DNA from: an uncultured delta proteobacterium
Lineage (GTDB): Bacteria; Desulfobacterota; Binatia; Bin18
NCBI GenBank assembly: GCA_963733195.1
Contig: CAVTCR010000026.1
Span: forward strand, 32,001-96,000
Reading direction: 5' to 3'
Length of the DNA stretch: 64,000 nt
In this document: positions 1-11,650 of the stretch, piece by piece
Layout of the letters: the number at the start of each line of letters is the position of its first letter
Position numbering within the stretch: position 1 is the stretch's first letter
Notes under the pieces: model-generated
Seen by the model: the letters and a program-made list of their open reading frames with translations, nothing else
Told to the model about the DNA's origin: nothing
The model's database searches: none
Program-made: the position numbers and the translations under genes

Positions 1-381
1 TCCTTCGATCAATGCGGTCGAACCCTTGAGATCAGCAAACAGGGCCGTGATGGTTTTCCGCTCACCCTCCATCAGCGAGACCGCACGAATCCGTTCGGCC
101 AGATGAGCAGGCGTCCAGCGGCTCGGGTCCTGGGTTTCGGTGTCCTCCTTTACCCCTTTATCCGTTATCCTTTTCCCCTTATCCTCTTCGGTGTTGCCGA
201 CCCACACCAGCATCTTGCCGTCTTTATCCACTGCCAGCTCTTTGATCTCGATGAGTTCTTCCTTGAGGGCATCAAGCACGTCATCGGTCAGGTCAAACTC
301 CAGCCTCAATGCCCGATACGAGACCCGTTCCTCGCGCTGGAGCCAAGCGAGCGTTTGCGCCACCACTTCAGAAAACTTCAT
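1..381 (-). CDS. Class III adenylate/guanylate cyclase domain protein, 5' part only (runs off the window)
   Basis: Manual translation from ATG at 381: MKFSEVVAQTLAWLQREERVSYRALRLEFDL...WTPAHLAERIRAVSLMEGERKTITALFADLKGSTALIEG. GERKxxTxLFADxxGST is the start of a class III cyclase domain. Not in the ORF track. Confidence 0.8.
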   Translation of the reverse strand, partial: MKFSEVVAQTLAWLQREERVSYRALRLEFDLTDDVLDALKEELIEIKELAVDKDGKMLVWVGNTEEDKGKRITDKGVKEDTETQDPSRWTPAHLAERIRAVSLMEGERKTITALFADLKGSTALIEG

Positions 382-551
382 GCACTGCCCTCATTCCCTA
401 GACGATCTTTTCTCACGATAGGCCTGTCATATTAACCCAGACACCGCAAGTAGCTGTGCGTGCTTTCTATCGCGGGGAGAAGGTACGCACGATTACGTAC
501 GCGCTTTGCCGCGCAACTTTTTCCCAACAAAATCCGAGGAGAAGTGCAAAC

Positions 552-3318
552 TTATCCCGTGGCTCCCAGACCGCTGGCGATGGCGTTGACGGTCAGCAGT
601 AGGGAAGGAAGCAAACTGGCTGCAGCTTCATGATTGCCGCGCTGGCGCATCCCGCGCCATTGGCGCAAAAGCGTGATTTGCTGACGGTGTAGAGTACGAA
701 GCGCATTCCTCCGCATTTGTGACATTCCGTGAATGTTCGGCCGCCGCTCAGCCAGTGGCCCGCCATAGACCTGCTCTAGCATCGTGCGTGTGCACTCGAA
801 CTCTGCAGTGATTTTCCCAAAAATACACTCCCGCAAGTTGGTATCTTCGATCAACAAGGCGTAGTCATGCATGACTTCAATATCTGCTGCCGCGATGCTT
901 GTTGCTGCGTTACTGAGAACGTAGTGCAACGGTGCCCAGAGATAGAGATAGTTTTGGACCTCGGTGAATTGCCGCGGATGTTGTGCCGCCAACGCTTCTA
1001 GCGCACTTCCCACTCCATACCAACCAGAAAGATAAAAACGCGCCTGTCCCCAACTAAAGACCCAAGGAATGGCTCGCAAATCAGCCAGCGTCGGTTGTCC
1101 GGTCCGACGCACTGGACGTGAACCTATACGGCTTTCTTCGATGACATCGATGGGTGTAGCCTGGCGAAAAAACGTCAGGAAGCCATCTGTCCGTAAGAGA
1201 CTCGTATACGTTTGGTAACTCCGCTCGGCTAGCCAATCCATTGTGTCTTCAAGCGTGTGTCGTGGCTCAGGACAATGCCAATCCAAAAGCGTGGCGCGGG
1301 TCACTCCTGCGAGTAACAATTCTAAATTGTATACGGCCATCATGCGATTGGCGTACTTCTGGGCAATAGTCTCTCCTTGTTCAGTCACACGGAGATTGCC
1401 ACTCAGCGCTGCGTGCGGCATGGACTTCACAAAGCGATGCTCCGGTCCCCCACCTCGACTCGGTGTTCCACCCCGTCCGTGGAAGAAGTGGATCTGGACA
1501 CCCGCCTCTCTGCCAACTCGTATCAATGCTGCCTGCGCGCGGTACAGAGTCCACAGGCTGGCAAAGATTCCTCCATCTTTGTTACTGTCGCTATAACCAA
1601 TCATCACTGGTTGTAGTAGGTGATCACTGCCAGTTTGGCGACGTTGCTCTTCTAAGCTGCGGCGAGTCATCGGATGCTCAAGAAAGACTCGCATAATCTC
1701 CGGACTACGCTGTAAATCATCAATCGTCTCGAAGAGCGGGACGACAGGCAAGCAGCAGGCAAGGCCCTGAGGTGTGTTGACGGTCAGTCCGACTTCACGG
1801 GCGAAGATATAGATGCTGAGCAAATCCGACGCGTTCCGGGTCATACTGACGATGAGAGCACCCAAGCCGTCTGGACCCCAGGTGCGGATGTGATCGACGA
1901 GGACTCGGTAGCTACTTAAGACCGCGTCGGCTTCTGCGCCTGCCTCCATGTCTACGCGGAGGAACGGACGTGGCGAAGTCAGTTCGTGGTTGAGGAACTC
2001 CAGTCGCTGCTCCTCATCCCACTGGGGAAAGTCGGCTCGCACTTGCCCTGCAGCAGTGAGTAGTTGAGCAATAGCGAGATCGTGGAAACGGCTGTTCTGG
2101 CGTAGATCTAAAGATGCCAAGTGAAAGCCAAAGGTTTGTACCACACGCATGACCGGCCACACTGCATGAGCAGCAAGGCGACCGGCTCCCACCTCAACGA
2201 GCGAATCGTAAAGCACGGAGAGGTCGTCCAATAGTTCAGCGGCACGTTGATAGCGCGTAGTATCACGCTCTTTGCGTCCATTCATAGGAAGCGATTGTCC
2301 AACCGGAAGCCGCGCCAACATCAGATTGACCATTTGTCGCCAGGATTCTTCTGGGTCCTGACCAATGGCCAGCTGTCCTCGCTCTCCAAGTTGTGTGGCC
2401 AGACGTGCAAGTGCATTGGTCAGGATGGGGGAGGCTGCTGAAAACGATCGGATAGACTTAACTGGTGAGCAAGCTCTAACAGTTGGTGTTGGAGTAGTTG
2501 CAAGGCATGTTTTTGTAAATCAGCCAACGTCTCTTGGGTGACTTCAGCCGTGACGAGTGGGTGTCCGTCACGGTCTCCCCCAACCCAAGTGCCGAACCGG
2601 AGCCGCGGTAAGCTCTGCGGAGAGCGGAGTAAGTCAGGATCAAAACCGCAATACTCCCAGGACTGTTGCAATCGTACATCCAGGACGGGGAGCACATCAG
2701 GAAAGACTGTGTACAGGTAGTGAATGATATTCCGACGTTCAGAGGCCACGTCAGGTTTTTGCAAAAAGATTTCGCCGGTTCGCCAGAGCAATGTCAGTAC
2801 TGCTTTGACTTCTTCTCGGATAACGTGCTGCTCGTACGGTGTCCATACCTGATTTTCGCGCTTGACCAATAAAAGATAGAGCTTGCGGTGATGCTCAAGA
2901 ACAATCGCACGTTTCGCTTCTGTGGGGTGCGCGGTGAGCACCAATGCGATCTGTATCTGAGGCAAAGCGGTAGCAATTTGCTCGTCGCTGATCCCACGCT
3001 CCTGGATCTGCTGGAGACATTGACCCCATAAGGCTTGCATCGCCGCCAATCCCTGCTCTGTTTCGGTGAGGCGTTGACGTTGTACGGCTGCGTTTTGTTC
3101 CACCATGCTCAGCAGCTGAAAAGCAATAGAGTACGCTTGAGAGAGTCGTTCTGAAGGGGGAAGATCGAGAGGAGGGTAGCACCGCCTTGCCAGGGAAGAT
3201 AATCGGCCAGGGTCTGTTCACCTTCCTCCTCAAGAACCTCACGAAAGCATTGCATCAAGAAACCGAGATCACGGTCAACCTTGTCAGGATCAATGACGAG
3301 AATACTGGAGAGAATCAT
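552..3318 (-). CDS. ppc: Phosphoenolpyruvate carboxylase, split into three ORFs by apparent frameshifts
   Basis: Motifs VLTAHPTEA, GTWVGGDRDGHP, VVPLFETIDDL, VMIGYSDSNKDGG, FHGRGG, LRAIPWVFSW across ORFs 3109-3318, 2420-3106 and 552-2333. Confidence 0.92.
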
Positions 3319-3356
3319 ATTGCGCTAATCAGAAAAAGAGGCAAATCACAAGGGTT

Positions 3357-3554
3357 TTCACCCTGAGCCCTTCGATAAACAGGATAAATTCCACGAAGGG
3401 TCTCTCAGAGATTCGCTCGACTCAGAACTCACAATACACTCCTGGTTCCAGCTTTCGCTGGAATGACGAAAACGACAAGCCCGTCATTCCGGGCAAGGCC
3501 GCAGCCGCGACCCGGAATCAGGAGAAACTGGATTCCCGCTTACGCGGGAATGAC
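3357..3554. repeat. Cluster of REP-like palindromic elements
   Basis: gtcattccgggc...cccggaatc...gattcccgcttacgcgggaatgac (3483-3554), plus a ccctgagcccttcgataaac..ggataaattccacgaag unit also seen at about 21350-21420. Confidence 0.75.
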
Positions 3555-3600
3555 GACCCGGGAGTCGCCCTCCGTTTCTGCTTCATGCTTAGCGCTCGCG

Positions 3601-6084
3601 CTATGATGACTCGCAATGGCTACTTTTAAAGAATCTAACCTTCAGCCCAATATCTTTGGCATATTCTCGGATAGTGCGGTCACTAGAAAATTTCCCCATC
3701 CGTGCCACATTCAAGATCGCTTTGTGTGCCCATCCAGCGACATCTTTGAATTCATTTCCGGCTTGTTCTTGCGTTTCGATATAAGAAGGAAGATCCGCCA
3801 AGTGAAAATATTCGTCCCCGTGTTCCACTAGCGCAGAATAAATCCAGCGAAACAGGTCCGGTTCCTCTCGACAAAAGCGATCTGAGTAGAGAGCATCCAT
3901 CACCCGCTTCAGCGCCGGATAGCGCTCGTAGTACTCTCGTGACTGATACGAGCCTTGCTGACGCATGGTTTGAATATCTTGGGCCTGGAGTCCAAAGATG
4001 AAGATATTTTCTCTCCCCACCTCTTCCATAATCTCGATATTGGCCCCATCCAACGTGCCGATCGTCAGCGCGCCATTAAGGGCAAACTTCATGTTGCCTG
4101 TGCCTGACGCTTCCTTGCCAGCAGTGGAAATTTGTTCACTCAAATCAGCCGCAGGGATAATTTTTTCTGCCAGAGAGACACGATAATCAGGAATGAACAC
4201 CACCTTGATCCAATCCCTGACGCGCCGATCGGTATTGATCACTCGTCCGACATTGTTGATCAGTTTAATGATTTGTTTGGCTGCCCAATAACCCGGCGCC
4301 GCTTTACCAGCGAAAATGTAAGTCCGTCGCACAGCCGGTGCTATATTGTCCTCGATGAGACAGAGGTATTCATGAATAATATGTAACACGTTGAGTAACT
4401 GCCGCTTGTATTCATGAATGCGTTTGACCTGGACATCGAACAGTGAATCCGGGTCTACGCTCACTCGGTTGAGGTCCTTAATGACAGAGGCGAGCTGGTC
4501 TTTGTTCGCGCGCTTGATGCGCATGAATTCTTGCTGGAACCCTTCATCCTGAGCGAAGGGAACCAAGGCGTTGAGAGCGTCGAGGTTGGTAATCCACTGG
4601 TCACCAATAGTCTCAGTCAGCAGGCGTGCGAGTAGCGGATTTGCCTGTTGTAACCACCGGCGCTGAGTAATGCCATTGGTTTTGTTGTTGAATCGTTCCG
4701 GCCACAGAGCAAAGAAATCAGGGACAAGCGCAGTTTTCACCAGTTCGGTGTGGAGTGCAGATACGCCATTCACTGAATGACTGCCAACCATCGCCAGGTG
4801 TCCCATGCGCACCTGTGGTTGCTCGCCTGCAGTAATAATGGACAGGTGGTTCATACGCTCGGTATCGTCAGGCCACATCGTAGATGCATGGTCGAGGAAT
4901 CGGCGATTGATCTCAGAGATAATCTGCAAATGCCGGGGCAAGACGTATTCAAAGAGCGACACCGGCCATTTTTCTAATGCTTCTGGTAACAGTGTGTGAT
5001 TTGTATAGCCACAGGTTTCCTGAGTGATCTGCCACGCACGTTCCCAGGGAAGGTTATTTTCGTCAATCAGCACGCGCATCAGCTCTGCGACCGTTACGGC
5101 GGGGTGGGTGTCATTGAGTTGAATCGCCACCTGAGCAGAGAAGTCGTCGAATGTGGTCGCAGTCTGCAAATATCGCTTGACAATATCCCGAATAGCGCAG
5201 GCCACCAGAAAGTATTCCTGGATCAGTCGCAACTCCTGGCCAGCAACGACAGTATCAGCAGGGTAGAGCACCTTGGTAATCGTTTCCGACGCGATCTTTT
5301 GCTCGACTGCTTTAATATAATCTCCGGCGTTGAAGATTTGCATGTCAAAGTCAGCTGAAGATTTGGCAGAATAGAGCCTGAGATAGTTCACTGTCTGGCC
5401 CCCATACCCGACAATTGGGAAATCATGGGGAACACCGATCAGGATTTTCCAATCCATCCACATGGGATTGTATTGCCCCTCACGGTCGAGGGTATGCTCA
5501 ATGCGCCCGTACACGGGAATCAAACAGGCTTCATCTGCGCGCTCGATTTCCCAAGGGGTTCCGTAGACAAGCCAGTTGTCCGGCCTTTCCCTCTGGTAGC
5601 CATTCGTAATCTCTTGCTGAAAGAGACCATACTCATAGTGAATGCCATACCCGTATCCTGGCATTCCCAACGTTGCCAGTGAATCTAAGAAACAAGCAGC
5701 TAAGCGACCGAGGCCGCCATTCCCAAGTGCAGCATCCCGCTCATTTCCCTCTACGTCTGCCAAATCTACACCGAAATCGCGCAATGCCTGTTCACACAAT
5801 TCATACAGACCAAGATTATCCAGGTTATTTCTGAGGGAACGCCCCATGAGAAACTCAATAGAGAGATAATACAATCGTTTCGCATTCGCCTGCTGATAGC
5901 GGGCTTCTGTCGCGAACATCTCATCCACTAAGATCTCCCGTACCGCCAACGCCACAGCTGTAAAGAGATCGTAGCCTGAGAGCTGCTTCCACTCTTTGCC
6001 TAGAGAGTAGCGCACATGGCGACGGATGGATTCTTGCAGAGTAGCAAGAGATACGCTCTCAGGTGCGCTTTTCTTCTCCGCCAT
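3601..6084 (-). CDS. glgP: Glycogen/starch phosphorylase
   Basis: LGNGGLGRLAACFLDS, QLNDTHP, VKRIHEYKRQLLN and PLP motif EASGTGNMKFALNG. Confidence 0.96.
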   Translation of the reverse strand: MAEKKSAPESVSLATLQESIRRHVRYSLGKEWKQLSGYDLFTAVALAVREILVDEMFATEARYQQANAKRLYYLSIEFLMGRSLRNNLDNLGLYELCEQALRDFGVDLADVEGNERDAALGNGGLGRLAACFLDSLATLGMPGYGYGIHYEYGLFQQEITNGYQRERPDNWLVYGTPWEIERADEACLIPVYGRIEHTLDREGQYNPMWMDWKILIGVPHDFPIVGYGGQTVNYLRLYSAKSSADFDMQIFNAGDYIKAVEQKIASETITKVLYPADTVVAGQELRLIQEYFLVACAIRDIVKRYLQTATTFDDFSAQVAIQLNDTHPAVTVAELMRVLIDENNLPWERAWQITQETCGYTNHTLLPEALEKWPVSLFEYVLPRHLQIISEINRRFLDHASTMWPDDTERMNHLSIITAGEQPQVRMGHLAMVGSHSVNGVSALHTELVKTALVPDFFALWPERFNNKTNGITQRRWLQQANPLLARLLTETIGDQWITNLDALNALVPFAQDEGFQQEFMRIKRANKDQLASVIKDLNRVSVDPDSLFDVQVKRIHEYKRQLLNVLHIIHEYLCLIEDNIAPAVRRTYIFAGKAAPGYWAAKQIIKLINNVGRVINTDRRVRDWIKVVFIPDYRVSLAEKIIPAADLSEQISTAGKEASGTGNMKFALNGALTIGTLDGANIEIMEEVGRENIFIFGLQAQDIQTMRQQGSYQSREYYERYPALKRVMDALYSDRFCREEPDLFRWIYSALVEHGDEYFHLADLPSYIETQEQAGNEFKDVAGWAHKAILNVARMGKFSSDRTIREYAKDIGLKVRFFKSSHCESS

Positions 6085-6100
6085 TTCCTAGGTCCTCGCT

Positions 6101-6442
6101 TTACTGTTGTTGGAACGCACGGATTGCCTCTGTTTGGGTTTCGAAGATGTGAAAAATCCGGTGCATGCGCACCAGCTCGAAAAGCGCGCGAACGGATTTT
6201 GACATACCACAGAGTTTCAAGTCCCCCCCTCTTGTCTGCATGTGTCGTAGACAAGACAATAGAGAGCCTAAGCCTGAGCTATCAACAAAACCTAACTGAC
6301 TGAGATCAAAAATGACCTGAGTGTGTTGCTCCAGCACTGGCGCGATCTCGCGCTTAAATTCTCCAGCCGTGCTCGCATCCAGTTGTGCCCCGACCAGCGC
6401 AATAATGGTGACATTATCGATGTACTCACACACCAGTTCCAT
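6101..6442 (-). CDS. STAS-domain anti-sigma factor antagonist (RsbV/SpoIIAA-like)
   Basis: DLSQLGFVDSSGLG phosphoacceptor motif; 113 aa. Confidence 0.9.
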   Translation of the reverse strand: MELVCEYIDNVTIIALVGAQLDASTAGEFKREIAPVLEQHTQVIFDLSQLGFVDSSGLGSLLSCLRHMQTRGGDLKLCGMSKSVRALFELVRMHRIFHIFETQTEAIRAFQQQ

Positions 6443-8068
6443 TTAACCCTCTCCCTCTTGTAATGGTTTCCGTTTTTTCACTAAACAGATGCAGTTACCT
6501 TGTTGTTCATCATGGGTATAGTACACTTCATCGACTGAGCGCGTGATGATGTAGACGCCAAAGCCGCCTTCACGCGACCCATCAAATACCGGCGGCCTCA
6601 CCATTTCGGGATTAAATACAACGCCATGATGAAAAAGCCGGATGATAATACGGTCGCTAAACGCCTCTGCAACAAGCTGAATAGGTTGGTCGCTGCGTCC
6701 CTGATACGCGTGTCGCATGATATTGCTGGCCGCCTCGGTCACTGCGAGTTCGAGCTGATCGACACCTTCTTTATCGAGTACGCGCGTCGTAAGATTCTGA
6801 CAAAATGTGCGGACGAATGTCCGAATCACCGGTAGTTGCCGTGCTTCACTACTTGTATGGAAATAAGCACGTGCGAGAGAGAAATCACTGTTGGTCTCCT
6901 CTACTGTGATGGCAACACAGGTCAGGTCATCTGTACAGGTTTCCGCACCAGAAAAAACGAGGACTGCCTCGCGGATCGTGTCGATCAACTGTGCTGGGTT
7001 TAGGTGGTGATATGTCTGGATTATTTTCATCAGACGCTCGACCCCAAAGAACTCGCCTGCTGGATTCCGTGCTTCCGTCAGTCCATCCGAATAAAAGACT
7101 AGGACATCGCCGACGGTGATAGGAAAAGACACTTGTTGATAGATTTCCTGCTCACTGAATCCTAACGGCATATTGTCGCCCTGAAGGAGGTCGCAGTCAC
7201 CGGTGTGACGACGGAAGTGAATGGTCTTGGTGTGTCCGCAATCGATGAGAGTGAGCCGATGTTGTCCCAAGTCGAGACGTGCATAACAGAGCGTGGCAAA
7301 CACGCCAAGGTCAATGAACTGCTTGGCCACCTCACGCTGGACCAGCATGACAATCTCTTCAGGCTCAGGAAGGGTGCTTCGCGCAGACGAGATGAGGAGA
7401 CGACTCAGCGCGCGAGGGAACGAACTCTTGAGCGCTGCTCCGAGCAACGCTGCTGGTACCCCTTTGCCCATTACGTCTCCGACGATGATATCGAAGCAAT
7501 GAGCACTGTGTTGGAAAAAGTCGAAGAAGTCTCCATCAACGTGTTGCGAAGGAAGAGTAAGGGCAGCGACTCGCGCTCCTTCCACATGATGTGGAAGCTG
7601 ACCGAAGAGTAGTGTTTGTTGAATCTTGGCGCCGATCTCAACCTCACGTTGATGTGCGTGCGCGAGTTGATCCAGCGAAGTTAGGAGCGCTGTTTGCAGA
7701 TCAAGAACGCGTTGACCGGTGCGGAGACGTACTTGGAGCTCTTGAGGATCAAAAGGTTTGGTCAAATAGTCATCAGCCCCAGCTTCCAGGCCGGCGATCA
7801 GATCTTCCTTACGATCCTTCGAGGTCAGCAGAATAAGATATGAATAGGGAGCTGTGTCTCGCTGTCGTACCCTGCGACAGACCTCCACTCCATCCATGCC
7901 TGGCATAAGCCAGTCGAGGATGACCAGCCTGGGTGCATCAGCAGCCTGCAACACCTGCCATGCCTCAGTGCCGTCACAGGTGCTTACGACCTCATGACCA
8001 GCTTTCACCAAAGCCGCGTGCAGCAGTCGGCGTGGAATGGAATCGTCGTCAGCAATCAAAATTTTCAC
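6443..8068 (-). CDS. Response regulator fused to SpoIIE/PP2C phosphatase and RsbW-like HATPase kinase
   Basis: REC (ILDWLMPGMDG, DYLTKPF); PP2C (GDFFD, GDVMGKG, YSDGLTEA, DDLT); C-terminal ELAVTEAASNIMRHAY...EGGFGV. Confidence 0.88.
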   Translation of the reverse strand: MKILIADDDSIPRRLLHAALVKAGHEVVSTCDGTEAWQVLQAADAPRLVILDWLMPGMDGVEVCRRVRQRDTAPYSYLILLTSKDRKEDLIAGLEAGADDYLTKPFDPQELQVRLRTGQRVLDLQTALLTSLDQLAHAHQREVEIGAKIQQTLLFGQLPHHVEGARVAALTLPSQHVDGDFFDFFQHSAHCFDIIVGDVMGKGVPAALLGAALKSSFPRALSRLLISSARSTLPEPEEIVMLVQREVAKQFIDLGVFATLCYARLDLGQHRLTLIDCGHTKTIHFRRHTGDCDLLQGDNMPLGFSEQEIYQQVSFPITVGDVLVFYSDGLTEARNPAGEFFGVERLMKIIQTYHHLNPAQLIDTIREAVLVFSGAETCTDDLTCVAITVEETNSDFSLARAYFHTSSEARQLPVIRTFVRTFCQNLTTRVLDKEGVDQLELAVTEAASNIMRHAYQGRSDQPIQLVAEAFSDRIIIRLFHHGVVFNPEMVRPPVFDGSREGGFGVYIITRSVDEVYYTHDEQQGNCICLVKKRKPLQEGEG

Positions 8069-8358
8069 CGTACCTGCTCCGTTCTGAACACTGCCAACGC
8101 CTGAGTAAGATGGGTAATCTCACTCTCCAGCTCAGCCCAGGCAGCTGCGGCGTGAGTCAAATCCCCACTCCGTCCGATACCTTCCAACTTGAGTGCCGCC
8201 TCGCGAGCCGCTTGCGCGCCAAAACTGCTTACTGCTCCTTTCACTGAATGTGCGGCCCGTTCAAGTGCTTTGCCATCACCGCGCGCAATTGACTGACGAA
8301 TCGAGTCTTGCATCTCCGGCGCCTCTGTGAAGAACAAATCAACAATTTCCTGTAGCAA
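8065..8358 (-). CDS. Hpt phosphotransfer domain, probably the frameshifted C-terminus of the upstream hybrid kinase
   Basis: AAHSVKGA Hpt motif. The same frame reads upstream as ...[13 protein letters not shown], continuing the kinase ERLL. Confidence 0.8.
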   Translation of the reverse strand: MLQEIVDLFFTEAPEMQDSIRQSIARGDGKALERAAHSVKGAVSSFGAQAAREAALKLEGIGRSGDLTHAAAAWAELESEITHLTQALAVFRTEQVR

Positions 8359-8371
8359 CTCGCGGTCACCT

Positions 8372-10621
8372 TCAACTCGATCCCAGGAGCCTCTCCTGGT
8401 TCAGGACCGTGGCAACTGATTTTGCTTCTTCATTCTGGACGTTGTGTCCTTCCCCTTGGGGCAAAGTGGCAACTGGTATCAGTTGCTTAATGACCTCGAA
8501 AAGTTTCTGGGACTGCAGAGGCTTCGAGAGATACGCGTCCATTCCTGCCGCCAGGCAGCGTTCGCGGTCGCCTTTCATGGCATGTGCCGTGAGTGCCACG
8601 ATGGGAATGTGTGTGCCCGTGGATTCCTCTCGCTGGCGGATGGCCTTGGTCGTTGCAATTCCGTCCATTTCTGGCATCTGTACATCCATCAACACCAAGG
8701 AAAAAGGTTCCTGTGCTAACGTAGCCAAGGCCTCCTTCCCGTTATTTGCAACGACAACCGAGTGTCCCCACTTCTCGAGCATCAGGACGGCAAGACGCCG
8801 ATTAACTGGATTGTCCTCTACCAGAAGAATATGGAGCACATATGGACTCTTGGGCAGAGCAGAAAGCGGAGAAAGAGAGGAGGCTCGTGTTGGTGCAGGG
8901 GTGTGATACAGAGCAGTCACAATAGCATTTAACAAGTCTGACTGTTTGATCGGCTTGGTCAGATATGAGGCAATGCCCAACTCCCGGCAACGGGCAGCAT
9001 CTTTCGGGTGACTTCCTGACGTTAACATCATGATCGTTGCTCGTGCCAAGGCTGGATTTTCCTTGATCAACTCAGCCACGGTGAAACCGTCCATATGAGG
9101 CATGTGAGCATCAAGTAACACCAGCGAAAACGGCGTCCCAGCATGGGCTGCCTGTTGCAACGTGGCTAGCGCTTCCTGTCCGCTCGCGACCACAGTTGGA
9201 CGCATGCCCCAGCTTGTTACCTGTTCTTTGAGGATACGTCGGTTGGTTGCGTTGTCATCGACAACTAACACCGGCAAGCCGGACAGGCTTTCTTGTTGAT
9301 ACAACGGTGGCGGTGTCGCATCTGCGCGGAGACCAAAACAAGCAGTGAAGTGAAACGTACTCCCGCGATTAACTTCACTTTCCACCCAGATAGAGCCAGC
9401 CATCATAGAAACCAGTTGTGAAGAGATCGCTAATCCTAATCCTGTGCCACCGAATTGACGGGTTGTAGAACTATCGGCTTGAGTGAAGGGACTAAAAATA
9501 AGTTTCTGCTTTTCCGCTGGAATTCCTATCCCGGTATCCGTCACAGCAAAATGTAGACGAACATCACTCTCAGTTTTCTGCTCGACCGTTACCTGCATGA
9601 CTACTTCGCCTTGATGGGTAAACTTAATCGCGTTGCCCACCAAGTTCACAACCACCTGGCGCAGACGCCCAGGATCGCCGAGTAAGGTATCCGGTACGTC
9701 CATGGGAATGTGGCAAGCGAGCTCCAACCCTTTCTTATGTGCACGGATCGCCAGCGCCTTGATCGCCACCTCAAGATCGTCGCGCAGATTAAAATCGATA
9801 GGATCAAGATCTAACTTTCCAGCCTCGATTTTAGAAAAATCCAGGATGTCGTTAAGCAACTCCAACAAAGAATTGGCTGAATCTTTGACTGTCGTCAGAT
9901 ACTCACCCTGTTCCGGCGTGAGATCCGTATCCAGCGCCAACTCCGTCATGCCGATAATGCCGTTCAGTGGCGTACGGAGCTCATGACTCATGTTGGCCAG
10001 GAACTCGCTTTTGGCGTTGGCGGCTGACTCGGCAGCGGCCTTGGCCTTTTGCAACTCCTCCTCCGCCTGCTTACGCTCAGTGATATCCTCAACCATTCCC
10101 TCGTAATACAGGAGCACAGCATTGGCATCGCGAACCGCACGAGCAGTTTCTGTGATCCAGATCACATGCCCGTCTCTGCGATACACCTGTGATTCAAACC
10201 CAGTTACTGTATTGTGTTCGTGTAGCAAGCGAATGAACTCAGCACGCCGAGACGCATCGACATACAGTTGCCCGCCGATGTCAGTCAGACTCGTCATCAA
10301 TTCTTCAGCGGTCTCGTAGCCATAAATCCGTGCCAAGGCTGGATTGACACTGAGATATTGTCCATCGGGTGTCGTTTGGAAGATTCCCTCAACGGCGTGC
10401 TCAAAGATGCTGCGGTATTTTGCCTCGGCTTGCCGGAGTTCCTTTTCCATCCGTTTGCGTTCGGCGATTTCTCGCGCCAGCATCGTATTGGTTTCTTCCA
10501 ACTCTACTGTCCAGCGATGCAATGCGACCGTGCGTGAGACTTTCCGTTGCGGCAGTTTCGCGAACGCACGAAATAGCCAACCGATTGCCTGTCGAGGTAA
10601 ACGGACCGGGGAATCTTCCAT
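8372..10621 (-). CDS. Hybrid sensor histidine kinase (PAS-HisKA-HATPase-REC-REC)
   Basis: PAS ([19 protein letters not shown]), [32 protein letters not shown] and two receiver domains. Confidence 0.93.
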   Translation of the reverse strand: MEDSPVRLPRQAIGWLFRAFAKLPQRKVSRTVALHRWTVELEETNTMLAREIAERKRMEKELRQAEAKYRSIFEHAVEGIFQTTPDGQYLSVNPALARIYGYETAEELMTSLTDIGGQLYVDASRRAEFIRLLHEHNTVTGFESQVYRRDGHVIWITETARAVRDANAVLLYYEGMVEDITERKQAEEELQKAKAAAESAANAKSEFLANMSHELRTPLNGIIGMTELALDTDLTPEQGEYLTTVKDSANSLLELLNDILDFSKIEAGKLDLDPIDFNLRDDLEVAIKALAIRAHKKGLELACHIPMDVPDTLLGDPGRLRQVVVNLVGNAIKFTHQGEVVMQVTVEQKTESDVRLHFAVTDTGIGIPAEKQKLIFSPFTQADSSTTRQFGGTGLGLAISSQLVSMMAGSIWVESEVNRGSTFHFTACFGLRADATPPPLYQQESLSGLPVLVVDDNATNRRILKEQVTSWGMRPTVVASGQEALATLQQAAHAGTPFSLVLLDAHMPHMDGFTVAELIKENPALARATIMMLTSGSHPKDAARCRELGIASYLTKPIKQSDLLNAIVTALYHTPAPTRASSLSPLSALPKSPYVLHILLVEDNPVNRRLAVLMLEKWGHSVVVANNGKEALATLAQEPFSLVLMDVQMPEMDGIATTKAIRQREESTGTHIPIVALTAHAMKGDRERCLAAGMDAYLSKPLQSQKLFEVIKQLIPVATLPQGEGHNVQNEEAKSVATVLNQERLLGSS

Positions 10622-10915
10622 TTAGCACTCCGAGTAAAAAAGCAACCCAAAAACAAGCTGCTGCTCAGGCAGCAGCTTAGGCTCGCTCTGCCTTTTCTCT
10701 AAGCAACTCTGACGCCGCCGTTTTGCGACCTCAAAATCGAGCCGAAAAAACTTGTGTAATGTCAGTATCTTACGAATGCAAAAGCGACTCCGGACAAAAC
10801 AAGAATTCTGCACGTCTTTGAGGCCACATATTCTTCGCAATTTGTGGCCCAGCCAAATCAAACCACCAAACATTGGGACAGTAGGGGCGAAGCTTTTGCC
10901 AACTGAGTACACAGC

Positions 10916-11116
10916 GGTCGTGATCCGGCTGAAGTCGAAAAGGCAATCTCCTTGCGTTCAGCGCAATTGAACGGACCGACAGAAGAGCTACGCCGTCAGA
11001 TTCAGATGCTCGCTGAGGTTGGGATTCGCCATTTTACGATCTCGCTCGCTCCGACTGAGCGAAAGCTTCTGAGCCGCTTTGCCAAAGAGGTGATGCCGGC
11101 GTTTCGCGAGACGTAA
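10916..11116 (+). pseudogene. C-terminal remnant of an LLM-class flavin-dependent oxidoreductase
   Basis: Translates GRDPAEVEKAIS...GPTEELRRQIQMLAEVGIRHF...LLSRFAKEVMPAFRET*, a typical luciferase-like C-terminus. No N-terminus is present. Confidence 0.6.
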
Positions 11117-11178
11117 GACCGAGTGGCGTTGCCGACGGTAGTGGAGGCCGCAGCTTTCTTGAAAGAGGAGATTTCCAC

Positions 11179-11505
11179 ATGACCCAAACCATGCAGGCAC
11201 TGTTTGTTGTTCCCGGTCCTGAGGGCGGGGTGTACGAAATCCGTCAAATCCCCGTGCCAACTCCAGGACCTGATGAGGTCCTCGTGGCTGTACGTGCTGC
11301 AGGGACTAATCGTGGTGAACTGCTTGCGCGTCCGCTTCTACGGTCCGACAATCCGGCAGCTAAACCGATGCGCCGGGTAGATGCACTTAAACCGGTACTC
11401 GACCGCACCTTCCCATTCGAGCGGATTGCCGAGGCGCATGCCTACATGCTCAGCGATGCCCAAATCGGGAAGATCGTGCTTACTCTCGGAGACCACACCC
11501 ACTGA
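11179..11505 (+). pseudogene. Internally deleted MDR/quinone oxidoreductase-like gene
   Basis: N-terminal PVPTPGPDEVLVAVRAAGTNRGEL is joined directly to C-terminal LKPVLDRTFPFERIAEAHAYM...GKIVL. The NAD(P)-binding core is missing. Confidence 0.7.
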
Positions 11506-11650
11506 GAGTTTTCTTTTTCTATAGAGACAACATACCAAGATGTAGGTTCTGAGCATACCGTGGCGGGCGCAGCCCGCCCTACGTGTTTTCGTGCGTTCCA
11601 GAGTAGGGCAGGCTGTGCCTGCCATCGTCAACTCCCTCATCTGAGCGTCT

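Noticed and set aside
103-435. Plus-strand ORFs at the window start
   Set aside because: Antisense shadows of the minus-strand cyclase gene.
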